Shown here piece by piece: positions 44,383-57,329 of a stretch of 64,000 nucleotides of DNA. The position numbers were made by a program, and so were the translations under genes. Position 1 is the first letter of the stretch. Each line of letters begins with the position of its first letter. The notes below the pieces were generated by a model that saw nothing but the letters and a program-made list of their open reading frames with translations, had not been told where the DNA came from and searched no databases. The stretch is taken from positions 868,001 to 932,000 of the forward strand of contig JAKMXF010000321.1 of assembly GCA_024704765.1 (NCBI GenBank), read 5' to 3'. This DNA comes from Oopsacas minuta (lineage: Eukaryota > Animalia > Porifera).

Positions 44383-45498
44383 TTATTGCATCATAGCCCT
44401 TAGGACATATCTTCCAAAGAGTGCTACAACAGTAGCTACATTAGCAAAAGTTAAGAATTTCCATTTGTACTTCTCCCAAAAAGTGTTGACATTAGTAGAC
44501 ATCTCACTTTGTATATTCTTGATTTCCTTCTGGGCGTCCTTCTGTCTATTTTCAGTATTTTTACACTTGGTCTCATCTTCACTTATCTGTTGTCGCAAAG
44601 TGACCATTTCTTGAGTAAACCCTTCCTGACCAGACAAGCTATCCTGCATTTCATCTAGCTTTTTAGTTCGTTGCGAACTATCAATTTTACACATTTCTAA
44701 TTGAAATTTGAGTATTTCAACTTCATCCAACAATGATTTTTCCTTCATAATAAGTTTATGGCATTGGACATAAAGGTCCTTGCCTTTGATCATTAAGTCG
44801 CAATTAAAACGGATTGATTTATTCATTGAATTAATAACGCTTATGTGATCTACTAGCTCGATTACTTTTTTCTCCCAATACTCATTGCTCTGTGAGTATT
44901 CTGGGGACATTAACTCTATTTTCATATAACGCTTATCTACTCGTTTATATATATCAATGAATATTTCAGAGCATCCAGGACTGTCAATGTAGGATTGCAA
45001 AAAAGACTCACTGGATTCGTTTTGAGAATCTGTCATCTTAGCTTCATGAGTGAAGACGATGAATGAATACTTCCAAAACGTATCTCCAAGAGTGTTAAGG
45101 ATGTGGATTGCTTGTTGGTGTCTCTTATCAGAAAACCTATCACTTCCGTTTATCACAAACACAATTGCATCCAATCCATCACGAGCTAACATCCCTGCTC
45201 TACAGATCTCACTCAATACTTTGGATGTTTCCTTGTCTATGTCTACAAATCCTGGACAGTCAATCACTTTAAATATCTTTTCATTAAATTCGAAGAAATA
45301 GCTTTTCGTAATATTGGTAACAGATTTCATACTGGATTTAGCCTCAAAAAATTGGCTTTTTACAAGAAAGTTACAAAGAGTACTTTTACCAGCTCCAGTT
45401 GCCCCGATAAATAGTAATGAAATGTCATAATTGGATGGCTTCTCTATCTCAAAATAATCTTCATATTCAATGTCTGGACTTGGTCCTGAAGTTGCCAT
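44383..45498 (-). CDS. AIG1/GIMAP-family GTPase with coiled coil and hydrophobic C-terminal tail, 371 aa, intronless
   Basis: G1 GATGAGKS, G3 DCPG, conserved box GLDAIVFVI, IVFTH; coiled coil; C-terminal KWKFLTFANVATVVALFGRYV. Confidence 0.88.
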   Translation of the reverse strand: MATSGPSPDIEYEDYFEIEKPSNYDISLLFIGATGAGKSTLCNFLVKSQFFEAKSSMKSVTNITKSYFFEFNEKIFKVIDCPGFVDIDKETSKVLSEICRAGMLARDGLDAIVFVINGSDRFSDKRHQQAIHILNTLGDTFWKYSFIVFTHEAKMTDSQNESSESFLQSYIDSPGCSEIFIDIYKRVDKRYMKIELMSPEYSQSNEYWEKKVIELVDHISVINSMNKSIRFNCDLMIKGKDLYVQCHKLIMKEKSLLDEVEILKFQLEMCKIDSSQRTKKLDEMQDSLSGQEGFTQEMVTLRQQISEDETKCKNTENRQKDAQKEIKNIQSEMSTNVNTFWEKYKWKFLTFANVATVVALFGRYVLRAMMQ

Positions 45499-46159
45499 CT
45501 ACAATCTAATAAGTTCTATCAATACACAATAAACTTATCATTCATATACATCTATAACTCTCCTTTTCATAGAAATTTAGTTTACTTATTATTTTTATAG
45601 TAAGTAGTTTACAAAGCGAGTCAAAATATTTATGCGGGTTTCTAGCGGGCCGAATAATTCAGTTGCGGGCCGCGTACAACTCTGGTTCCTATAAGCGATA
45701 TCCATTGTATGCGACATGTCGGTTATAAGAACATTATATGCAATTCCCGACTATGTTCTCATGACAGGCATCCACTGTAGTAGATCAGTATTCGCAGACC
45801 TTGAGGGTAATTCTCATAGATTATAAAGTAGAAATCGTTTGAGCCAAAATCTTTTACGCCTGAACTCAAATTCATTTGAAAATCTTATCCCATAGGCGTA
45901 TGCAGCGTTCCAATATAATACCCTGCCTATTATCCGAATGTTCGTCATATCCGAAAGGGGATTGCATCAACTTTACAGCCAAAAAGCTCTAAAAATTTAG
46001 GTGATATAATACCGGGTAGCCCAAAAAAAACAGGCCCCATGACATTTACCGCAATTGTACATAATATTTATTTATAGACTAATGATAGTTCACTGTTAAT
46101 AATCTTAGTAGGTATATAAGTGATGTGCAAAATAATTGCATTCAAGCTTAAATATATTC

Positions 46160-46393
46160 CTGTCTCTTATACACATCTTAGCTTTGCACAATCAAACTGT
46201 CCGAATTCAACTGCATTATTTAATGGAGAAAATCCTGGTATGTTCTTTCCAATGAAATTTGGGTTAGCCTTAGCTCCTAGTAATACCTCTAAAACGCTTA
46301 TATTCCCTTTCTTAGCGGCGAGCTTAAGAGGCGGGAAGCCTTTTCTATTCANATTACACCTGGAATTAAGAGTGAGATGTGTATAAGAGACAG
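46160..46393. other. Assembly artefact: Nextera/Tn5 mosaic-end adapters flanking mis-inserted read fragments
   Basis: CTGTCTCTTATACACATCT at 46160-46178 and AGATGTGTATAAGAGACAG at 46375-46393. Between them are a 172/173 copy of 36277-36449, an N at 46352 and a 22-nt copy of 53171-53192. Confidence 0.97.
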
Positions 46394-49139
46394 ATTATAA
46401 TCTATAGGAAAGGCAAAGAACCTACATGAATGAGTGAATATACCCTTCAGTGAATTATAATAAATAAAAATGAACCGCTTTTAGCATATTCTAAGTATTC
46501 CTTTGCAAGTTAGAGATGGTTATCTGCCATGCGTGTTGGAACAAACTCATAACATCATAAAAAGAATGAATTATAATGGGCTGTTGATAAATTATATTAT
46601 TCATCATGCGAATTATTTGCATTTGCATAGTTTTAAATATTTTAAAATCGATTGTGTATACTTTTTCTTGCATGTTAATGTAGTATGACTTTTTCATAGT
46701 TGAAAAAGTAACAATTGATTTTTCTATCTGAGTGATAAAAAGCAAATCAATAGTGTGGATCATATCCAAGTAGACAGATCTAACCAATCTCTATAAATAT
46801 AAATATTTTATTTCGATATCAGAAATACAACTGCATATCATTTCAAACTTATATTTTTCACGATTGTCGCAATTTTCATGGCTACTCCCGTATTTAGACC
46901 TGTAATGATGCCTACATCTTTTTCCGTTCGTCGAAAATGAGAGTGGGCGGCAACAACGCCAGCGCCACCACCACCACCGTTGAGTGTAAATATCTAGGCA
47001 AATTTACGTAGATACTGGCTCCAAACGGCTACAAAGGGAGTTGATCTTACAAAATAATTCAATAATATATATATGCCATATACGTATATTTGTGAATTAC
47101 ACTGTTCTAAACATATCTATATCATAATACTCAAAGGGGCCGTCAATTTGGAGAATAATGGATACCTTGAGGCGCAATGCGACGAGCCAAAGGCTCGTTA
47201 ATATGTAATTCAGTAGGGAAACCGGAATTTGTCCTAACTGAGTATGGAAATTGTCCTAAACTCCAAGTACTGGAATTGTTGTGAAGAAATTTCCCTAAGA
47301 TTAGTGTCTATCTTTTCCCAGGAATTTTTGTCCACCACGAGTTGTTGGCGGGCGTATCTTAATGCTAGATTGGCGTGGGTGGAAGGATTTTTCTCGAATT
47401 AGCTAACAATCCAGCTTAAATTGTTTGTGCATTTATAGTCACTATTACGATTGTTGTGAAAAATTTTCCCTTTGATTATTATTTATACTTGCCCTAACTG
47501 AGCCCGGACTACTTAGCTACTCCCTGGTTGTTGGCGGGTATTTAACTTGAAAAATAGTTTAGGACAAATTCCAGCAACCCATGCAGTAGAATGGGTCCTG
47601 GTTAGTACGCATATAAGCAGAAGGCAAAAGAAACTTCACTTGTATCAACAAATGAGTAAATATTGAATATTGATGATACGGCGTACTTATATACCGACCG
47701 CCGGTATTATCGGCTAGCCGTTGTATAAGTGAATCTCACCGTTATATAAGTATTTGACGCTGTACTAGTACTAAAGTGAATCTCACTTTTAGTATTAAAT
47801 AATTCAATTTCAACTATCTGTACATATTCACAGTGAATTTGATATGTAACAAGTTAAATGGAAGTGCTATAAATAATTCAAACTAGTCCAAAGATATTTA
47901 CTAAGTGATGACAGAATAATACGAAAATAATTATGAATGTGATTACTTCACATAGTTATTTCTCGACTATTTACCAGTGACAGAAATGTCGACAAACATC
48001 AAGGGGAAACCTTAATTGAAGATCTTGAGTATAGGCCATCATGTTCCCATGATCATGTGAACCAAGTTAGTCAATCGAAATTTCCACAGATTGTGCTAGA
48101 TTGTGAGTACTTAGAATAGGACGAATTACTATATTCCTCGTTGATCAGTTCACCCAATACAACCGATACTTTCCAATACCCTTGTACTACGCACCTTCTA
48201 ATTCCCCTCATAGTATAGATGAGGACATTATAGAACAGTCATAATTCCGATGTATATACCAACAGGGCCTTGGGAGTCGCCAGAGTTAGCTAAGTTGCAA
48301 CTTAATGATTGGACAGAAAACATAAACATAGGTGGAGGATAGTGTTCTTTAGTATGGCCATCCAATTACCAACCTTCTTCGAAAAAAGGTAAACAAAAGT
48401 CAGTAAGTTGTTATAGAGCCATGAAATCAAAGACTTCTGGGGAATACGAAATAAAATTTCCCAGCAAAGTAATTGTCCATACAACATTCGAATTGAAGTG
48501 TGTATGTAAGGCTGGGCATTCACTATAGCTCAGTGCTTGCAATATTCTATAGAAAGTATACTGATGAATACCGCGATTCTGTTTAATAAGTTAGATATAT
48601 GTATGAAGACTATGTACAGGTATGATATAATTATCACATTATTCAATCTATACTATTAATAGCTATATGATTATTTTGATAGATACGATGGTATTGATAT
48701 GATTCAACTAGCTTATTACACAATCGCTAGACTATGGAAAAATAATTAGCGACACAATAAACACGATTTGCGTGACGTCATAAACCAGAGAACATTTGAC
48801 AAGCGAATAACTCAGTAACCATAACAGTTAAAACGCAATTAATCTAAGAATATATGTCACCGTCCAATTGGGGTATTTTGCGGCGCCAAATTAGGTAAGG
48901 TTATTCTTATACAATATTGAGATTAAATATTATGGTTTACTAAAAACCAATATTTTATATGAAAGATATTTGGTATGGTCTGCTAAAAAACCAGAATTAT
49001 CAAATTCTGAAATTGTATGTTCTATCCAGAATTCACGACCTTAATTTTTCACTGCACATTTATTTAATCAAATAGAGTCAAATAGTTCTTACTTATACTA
49101 TGTTAAATAAATTTTATTAATGAGATGGGTGTAGCTGCT

Positions 49140-50510
49140 TTTTTTAACTAAAGCCGTAATTTCCGGCTCTGTGTTTGCGAGTGCACAACGAATATCATCT
49201 ACCTTGAATTTGTATCTACTGCTAGTTTTAATTCGTAACAGAGTTGAAAACCTGACTCATAAAGGTAAGTATTAGGGAAAGGCAACAGATTACGATACTT
49301 TTGGTTAGAGTAGGATAGGAATCCTCCATTGAGCACCAAAAGGAACTCAATACCTCTCTTTCAAATAGTTCTCTGGCAGATACATCATGAATGAGATCTA
49401 TCAATCTATCCTGTGCCCGATCATCTTTGTCTGGGATTGCTTGGAGAGATGTAGTAAAAGGATTTCTCAATATTTTAAATCTGCTGAGCCCTTCCGCTCA
49501 GAATAGTAATGAGAAAATTCTTCGTCAAGTTCGTAAGGTGTTCAAAGATAATATTTTTTGAATCATTTTCCAATTAAGTAATATGTTTTCGAAATATTCG
49601 GACAATTTTTCAAACATACATATTTCCTGAGTCAATTTTTCTTTCCAATTTTGAAGTTTCATTTGGAAAGCTTTGAGTTTATCGCTCAAATCAAATGTGT
49701 TACTTTTGTTTCCCCTGAAGTGAGAGATTCAATGTATTGATGCGTTCAAATATACCCACGAGATGCACAAGAAACACAGCACTTCTTGGATCATTGATTT
49801 GTGCCAAAAATTCATGCTTGCCATGTTGATCAAGGAATATTTTCATCTCGGGAAGCAACTCTAAGACTCGTTTAAGGACGTTACCCTAGAAAGCCACCGT
49901 ACTTGTGTCTATGGAAAAGTAGAGTCTGATGAATACAATCATATCTTCGCAAAGTTCCCTGAAAAAGCGAGTGTGAACCGCGCTCGATTTGGTAAAATTG
50001 ACTACCTTAATGACTCATGTCATCACTGTCAAAATCTGTGGTCTCAGAGTTTTACAAGCTAGTGCTTGTCTATGGGTCATGCAATGAATACCTGTAACTT
50101 ATGGTGATCTATCCGTAACAAGATTTTGGAAACCAGAACGTAAGGCAAGCCTTGCTGGTGCACCGTTGGTCAAATTCCACACAAATTATTCCACTCAATT
50201 CCATTCGCTTGAAAAAAGTTATCAATCAATGCGAACACATCTTGTGCTTTCGTAGTTGCTTCAAGTTCGCGACATAGAAAAAACTCTTCCATGACTATTT
50301 CTCATATACATAACGAACGTAGACCAATAATTGTGAGCATGAAGAACAATTTACAAGTGCTATATTTTAACTGTTTAACAACTTGCATCAAAATATTGTT
50401 TGACATCTCAGAAATACGTCTATGACCAGTGTCGTTAGATAAGGGAATTGATAACTTCTTAGCATGCTCATCGCTCAAAAGGCAATTATTGTGTGATTCT
50501 TCTCTTTCTA
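49140..50510 (-). mobile_element. Degenerate hAT transposase (Buster/ZBED8/FAM200-like)
   Basis: Fragments IPLSNDT..RRISEMS, QLLVYVRY, FFLCRELEATTKAQDVF, RNPF, FWCSMEDSYP.L and ESGFSTL..IK....DDIRCAL, with stops and frameshifts. Confidence 0.85.
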
Positions 50511-52971
50511 ATTAATTTCAAGACATAATTCTATTATAAATAATCACCTTACCAATATCGACACTGCTTTCAATTCTTCTTATTGGTAAGCTTACGTCAT
50601 GAATACTTTTGCAAAATAATTCAATGTATGTAAGTCTATGACTATTAAACAGTATCTACTGTAACATATAATAATAGATAAGTAATTGAATTATCTGGTT
50701 GCATAATTCTTCAATTGGATTGAATAGTTTCCAAATCAAACTGAACTCAGCACTCTCAAATAGTAGATCATTGAAATGTACAATTTTGTATATTTCATTG
50801 AAATTAGTATACTGAGTAAATAAGTCAAGTTTGTCAAATGTCAAGAATTCTGGTTTTCTCATTCTATTATCAGGATATGATCGAGGGATATGATTATATC
50901 TTCAATAGGGGTTGCTGAATTCCAAATTTGTTCTTGAAGGCCCAAAGTGCACACAATGATAATTAAAAATAAATTTAGCTAATCCCCGAGAAATTCGATG
51001 TGTAAGGAGCATTTAGAACTAATGGGGACTAATGCTCCCAAGATGATAAAGAGATACAAGAACCCCAAAATGTTAATGATACATAGCATTGGCTGGTAAT
51101 ATAAGATAACGAAGCAACTCATTGTGATTTATGAATGTTTCATAATTAAATAGTTTGGGATAATTTATACATGAAATGGCGGGCCCAATGATTTCTCGAC
51201 CGCTACATAGTGCATCATGCTTGGAAGATTTTATGAACCGTCTGTTAAGTTGATGAACTATATTTTGAGGTCATAAATTTTTGATGGCCTTCGGAAAAGC
51301 TCATCAAATTTGAGGATAATTCTTTAAATGCAAAATCTTCCAAATAGCGCACAATTTTGGGTCGCAAATGTTAAGATCCGAATATATTCGTTGATTGGCC
51401 TATCATAATAACTTTCCTAATAACATACATTTGATACTTTGTATTTATTAGTTAACCAAAACATGATAAAACGTGTAAATATATTATGTGACAATAATAT
51501 TTGAATAACCATAATACATATTACGATAGTTATCATAAAATGCAAGTATAAGAAGGTGAATCTTATTTACAAATTTTGATGGATAAATGCATTGATGACC
51601 TACTGTTTGGATGCATCAAAATTGGTGATCTTTATGGGAAATCATCAACGACATCTATGAATTGTACAGTAGCTCCTCCAGGGTTGCCGTGGATATGGAT
51701 ATCTACATTCTGGTCATATCGCACAAAAATGAAACATTGTACAAGGAGGAGTGCTTTATTTGATAATTAGTAATAAATACTATCTCTTTTCATGTAATCG
51801 TTGAAAATTTTACTGTTGACTATTCATAACAATACCATGTAACCCCATATATGTAAGTTCTCATTGATAATCAACTTCACAAATTTATCAATGGCGTTCC
51901 ATTATATCAGTCGCCATGTTAGTATTGGAGATTCTGAGATATAATTCTGCCAACTACATACTATATGTACCGAGATCTAACAACAAAATGAGAATATCAA
52001 ATTCTTACAGAATCAATATATTCACGTCCAAAAAGGGCCACCAAGCATACCCGGATTCTTAGAGACACTTGACATGTGAAGAAGTGATTCTCAACTGACT
52101 TTCGCGATTATTTGGCCTTAATAATTTGATATACTCCAGATTCAGATTGTTATCTCATAACGATAACATATGAGAAAAGATATTTTAGGATAATTATAGT
52201 TTCATTTCTATACATAATTAGCTTAATTCAATTGTTTGTAAAGCTTGCTCTTGTAATAATGGATAAGTATTTATTCTGTTTAATGTGGATAATTAAATCC
52301 TTTAAAGTTCTTTGTGTAAGAAACTTCAGGACCACCCTGAGAAGCTTAAAATGTATAAGTTGCAATTTGCAATCATAAGACATCTGAATTTTATTGAATA
52401 AATATTTCAGAACATCGTTAGTACATAGAATTTCGGAATAAAATAGATTAATTCGAGGTAAAGTGACGCATATTTCAACCAAGTCGGGAGAATGTCGACG
52501 AAATCAAATGGGTGGAAAGTATTAACTTAGGGAAATATGTACGTATTTTATCTCACCCTAGGACTCCTCACACTAGTCCCACAATTATGGGGAACATCTC
52601 ACCTTAGGGCCACGAGTCCAAATTGAGGGGGACACTGGTCCAAGCCAATAGCGCACTACTTATGTGATTATAAAATCCTAATATACTAGTGTGTTAACTA
52701 GAAACCCAAGAGCAAGGGTGAATATTTACCTCATAAAAATAGCGATTACAATCGTGAGATGAAGCAACGGGTGAAAAAGCGAGGTGGCAATTGCTTTCTT
52801 TGCCCAATGCTAGTTCCTCCTGGAAAGCAGTAGAATCACTACAGAGTAATTGAGCATATATTTAATATTGATGATGGCACATACATATACAAATAGTATG
52901 AAGTATTGTTGATATACAAACTAGATTACTGGGAAACAGAACCTTTTAAATGACATCAAAGAAATCAAGAC

Positions 52972-53274
52972 TTAATCATCAAGACACTTAGTAAGGGGAC
53001 CTTCTAATCCATATTTACTAGGCGGTTCTGCAAGCACTTGAGCACAACATACAATAAAACATAAATATACAAAAAAAGCAATGACAAGAGTAAAAAGTCC
53101 TGAGGAGGCAAATACAGCACCAATTAGAAGTAATGTAAGCCCTGTGGTAGAACCATCATTGGTAAACATTATTACACCTGGAATTAAGAGTGCTATTCCA
53201 ACGATAAAGAACAAAATGCCAGTTATAACCTGTACAGCCAAAGATATTTTGTTCTTTCTGTGAATTTTCACCAT
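52972..53274 (-). CDS. Small orphan membrane protein, 100 aa, two TM helices
   Basis: Basic N-terminus, two clean hydrophobic helices separated by MFTNDGSTT, juxtamembrane Cys cluster (LCFIVCC). Confidence 0.6.
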   Translation of the reverse strand: MVKIHRKNKISLAVQVITGILFFIVGIALLIPGVIMFTNDGSTTGLTLLLIGAVFASSGLFTLVIAFFVYLCFIVCCAQVLAEPPSKYGLEGPLTKCLDD

Positions 53275-53779
53275 TTTTTAGTAATGTGTTTCTCTTCTTA
53301 TTAATTTCATTGGATTAATTCGAGTATTTATAATAAATAATTATATTACATCTATCGACACTGCTTTCTAATTTATTCATGGATAAGCTCACGTCAATAA
53401 AATGTTTACAAAATAATCAACTAAAGAGAATTGTACCTAAATTGATAATCTATCGCTTAATATCATTTTATATAATTGATTTCACTGAAAGCACACGTAA
53501 TACTTCTTAATAATTGTATTTAATCTTTTTCAGATAATCTGAATTCAGTACTCTTCAAAATGATTGAATATGTAATACTATAACACGCATAATCCCATAT
53601 GTCGATTTTCTAATTATACAAACTTAAGAGTTAAGACTAATTTGTAATATCGTTCATTTTGTGATTACGTATATAGAAATCAATACAGTTTACTTCAAAT
53701 AGTTGAATGAGATATATTCAGCAGTAAATTGTTACTGATTGTATAGGAATATTATACCATAGAGGAAATCTGATATATT

Positions 53780-54151
53780 CAGGCTTGCCGTGGAGGAGAA
53801 AAATCCCATCCATATCCATATCCATATCCATATCCATGTCATTTTTGCGTGGATATCCATGGATATTTATCAATAATCTAATATAACCTGTCTCTAACAG
53901 TAACCCAAGACTGACTAGTAGTGACCGTTATGTACAGGTAACCGCTATGCAGAGGTTGATTAATGTATTAAATGCTATACTAAATCTCTAGATATTATGT
54001 AAACTATCATTCATAAACTAAAAACCCTCAATATCACTACAATCCTCAAATGATAGTGGTATTGATTCATTATTGATGGCCTTTCTACTTCCATGGATAT
54101 GACCAAAACCTAGATATCCATCCATGGATATCCATATCCACGGCAAGCCTG
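53780..54151. mobile_element. hAT MITE with perfect 8-bp TSD
   Basis: TIR CAGGCTTGCCGTGGA / TCCACGGCAAGCCTG; TSD GATATATT at 53772-53779 and 54152-54159; (ATATCC)n subterminal repeats. A related end occurs at about 51679 (CAGGGTTGCCGTGGATATGGATATC). Confidence 0.93.
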
Positions 54152-55581
54152 GATATATTGGTCCTGAAATACGTATTAATTTCACTATTAACTATAGGAT
54201 ACACTATGCAATTATATTCACTATATAGGAACATATTTCTTGGTCCCAATCAGACATGGGGTCAAATACATATATTCGTATTCGAGCGTATTTAAATACA
54301 TTTTTTCAAGTATTTGTATTTTATTTGACTCCTACCTTTCAAAATGAGAATATTTGTTCTGCATTTGCAACAATATTGAGGCATAGTATTCTATACACTA
54401 AAGCAATGGTACTGATTGATTGACTGGGACCAGGGATACGTCAAGTCAGGTTAAGGAATTCTATTTGTTGCTATATTTTTAAACGGTACATTTTGGCCCG
54501 AATAAATGTATTTTTGATATTTGACATCACTTGCAGTCTACATCTACAAACTATTTTCAGGACAAAATGCCGTCATTTGATGTAAATCCCATTGTAAAGC
54601 TTTGAAACTCTAATTGTATTAATTTACTCACTACAGAGTTTATGTAATTTGGGAGTGATTTTATGTCGGTCAATAAACACTTTGATAACCAATCTTGTAG
54701 AGCTCAGAAGATATTAGTGAAAATAACTTCATAATGATAGTTATCATACCAGCGCAGACAGCAACTATTTTCGCGACTTCTCCTAAACTGTACAAAATTG
54801 GATTTCGAATATTATCTATTATTCACCGACATGAACCCACCACAAACTACTCAAATTCCAAATCTTTCAGATACATAGATATGATTGAACTACATTTTTC
54901 ATCAAAATTGGACTAAAACACGACAAAAAGCACTAAAAACCATCACATTTGCAATAATACATTGTGGTACTAATCTTTATGTATTTCATTGAAATTGTGA
55001 ATGATAAATCAATACAGTATATAGATAACACAAAAGTAATAAGTAACGTTTGTTTTAGACAAAAGAAGCAACTGATGTACCCTAATACATAGACCTCATA
55101 TTTCTGAAGTGGAAAGTGTATATAGGAATTTGCTAAAACAGATGAAATAATGTTAACACAGCTGGAGCTGTTTGGAATAATTTTAACTGTAATTGTATCA
55201 GTGCTTGATCAAGATACCTGAATTATTGTTTCAATCCCTGCTTGTTCAAATATTGGAAAATATACATATATTCCGTTTATGTCTACAATACCCAGGCCAA
55301 TGAAATTATTCAAATACTTATGCTGTTAACATCATTGCCGTTTCCACCCTGATTATGAAAATGATTTAAGAGCTTAATACAATTAAGTTTGCGATAATTG
55401 AATACTATAAACGCCTAAGTATCACATGAACACAGCAGCCAAATTTAATTTTTTTGTAAAAGAAGACAAATAAATCTGAATCAGAACTAAACGAACTACA
55501 AAAACAATAAAATAATCTGAAACAAATTTGGTTATATAACAAGAGAATAAAGAAACAATAATGATTACAAGTTATAAATTA

Positions 55582-56733
55582 TTATTTATTTGGTAACAAA
55601 GGAGCAGAACATACAGGATATCGATATCTCTTGGCTTTTCTCTTCATAAAGAATTTCAACAATAGAAAGAATAGAAAAGTTGAATTCACAACAATAAAAT
55701 TGAAATAAATAATAAAATCAGCTAGATGTACCAATATTAAAAAGTAATGGCTGATTATATTGAGAGTATGATTCGTAGACTCTGGTATTGTGAACATAGG
55801 AATATCGTAAGTCACATGAAACCAACAAGCATTCACACAGATAGATTCAAAAATAACATACAAGTTGTAAAAGATTAAATTGTTTAGAATATATAATTCA
55901 AAAGTAAATAAGAAAACAAAAACAAGTACCTTGTATTGTTTTAGAAAAGATTTTTGTTGATGATGTAATTTGGGATTATAGAGATGGTATGCATCTATAA
56001 CACGACTATTCATGGCAGGAAAGAATTTCTTCTTAGCGATATAGAGCACAATAAAGAAACTGATTTGATCCATCAAGCTTTGAGCTATTTTACCGAATAT
56101 GCTAGTAGATGGAATTAGTCTAATTATTGTGAAGGCTATATTGATAACTATTCCTAACAAGATGAAGTGAAGAACTGTTTTCACTTTCAGCTGATTTCTA
56201 GCAGCAAAACTCAAATGGAGAAGAGATGCACCGAACAACCAAATCATCATGCAAAACGATAATTCTCTAAAAATTGAAAGAGCATTAAGAGCAATGATAC
56301 CAACTCTAGTGTCATATGCATCCCCTAGAAATGTCACCGTTTGTAATGTGCAGTTAGAACCAATCGAAATCAAGATATCCTCAGGATTATAAAAGAAATT
56401 CAAAAACCCGAAAATGTTTATGATTGAGCAATAGCTCAGCTCGAAACATAGAAAAATAAGAAAAATAACATTCCTTAAGATGGCTTCATTTTTCAAGAAG
56501 AGGCGATGCATGCTATTGCATGAATTATCTATTTGCATTCTATCTACTAATCTCTTTTTGTATTTTACTGTTGTGGATAAAACAATTATGGCATAAACTA
56601 ACCAGAATACACATAGAGAAGTGTATACAAATCCCAGTACCTGATCAACATAATACACTTTATCGTTAACAGAGCTTAGATATGTAAACTCATCGAGGCG
56701 AGGTTCTGAACTTTTGTTAGAAGAGTCAATCAT
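55582..56733 (-). CDS. Orphan 7TM protein, intronless
   Basis: Close paralog of 30155-31315. Start placed at MIDSSNK (56733) by homology and TATA spacing; an upstream in-frame ATG exists at 56751. Confidence 0.85.
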   Translation of the reverse strand: MIDSSNKSSEPRLDEFTYLSSVNDKVYYVDQVLGFVYTSLCVFWLVYAIIVLSTTVKYKKRLVDRMQIDNSCNSMHRLFLKNEAILRNVIFLIFLCFELSYCSIINIFGFLNFFYNPEDILISIGSNCTLQTVTFLGDAYDTRVGIIALNALSIFRELSFCMMIWLFGASLLHLSFAARNQLKVKTVLHFILLGIVINIAFTIIRLIPSTSIFGKIAQSLMDQISFFIVLYIAKKKFFPAMNSRVIDAYHLYNPKLHHQQKSFLKQYKVLVFVFLFTFELYILNNLIFYNLYVIFESICVNACWFHVTYDIPMFTIPESTNHTLNIISHYFLILVHLADFIIYFNFIVVNSTFLFFLLLKFFMKRKAKRYRYPVCSAPLLPNK

Positions 56734-57329
56734 ATTGGTAAATTCTATCATTCAACAAATGAGTTGAGTTTTATACTTAATATTGTAGAAATAAACTTGG
56801 GTATAATATTACGGGGAAATTCCTACTGGTTGATGTATAAAATTTCATTAACAATATTGCATAATATGTAATTACCAAATTTGTTGGTTCAGTCAATAAT
56901 TCATTTTAATAGAGGATAGATTATAAATCATATCCTCTATAAGACTTTTAAGAAAGAGAGATTATGAGTGAGACTAAAGAATTTATCATTTTATATCATC
57001 GACTCCTAACAATCGGAAGCCCACCTTATCGAGCTAATCAACACATTTATAGGATCACTATCAAAATAGTTATCATTTACCTGAATGATATATCAACAAT
57101 ACACGGATTTGATTCATCTGATTGCCCAATAGATTGATATGTTGAGTATTAGATGTTTACATTATTAATCAATTAGAGTTACCATTAGTGAGCATTTATG
57201 TCTAGCCCTAGAGAGATATCCATATCCTTAAATCAATCTTCATATACAACTAATATTACATGATTCAGCCTACGATATACATATGTGTATATTACACATT
57301 TATTTACAATTAATTAAATATAATGTTTC

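Noticed and set aside
46120-46386. 88-aa ORF / duplicated ankyrin exon
   Set aside because: It lies between Nextera adapter sequences and contains an N; assembly artefact.
48773-48780. Perfect CRE palindrome TGACGTCA
   Set aside because: No adjacent gene start is identified and the same 8-mer occurs inside CDSs here; compatible with chance.
53816-53836. Short ATATCC repeats as a CRISPR-like or satellite array
   Set aside because: Hexamer subterminal repeats inside a TSD-flanked hAT MITE; no spacers, eukaryotic context.
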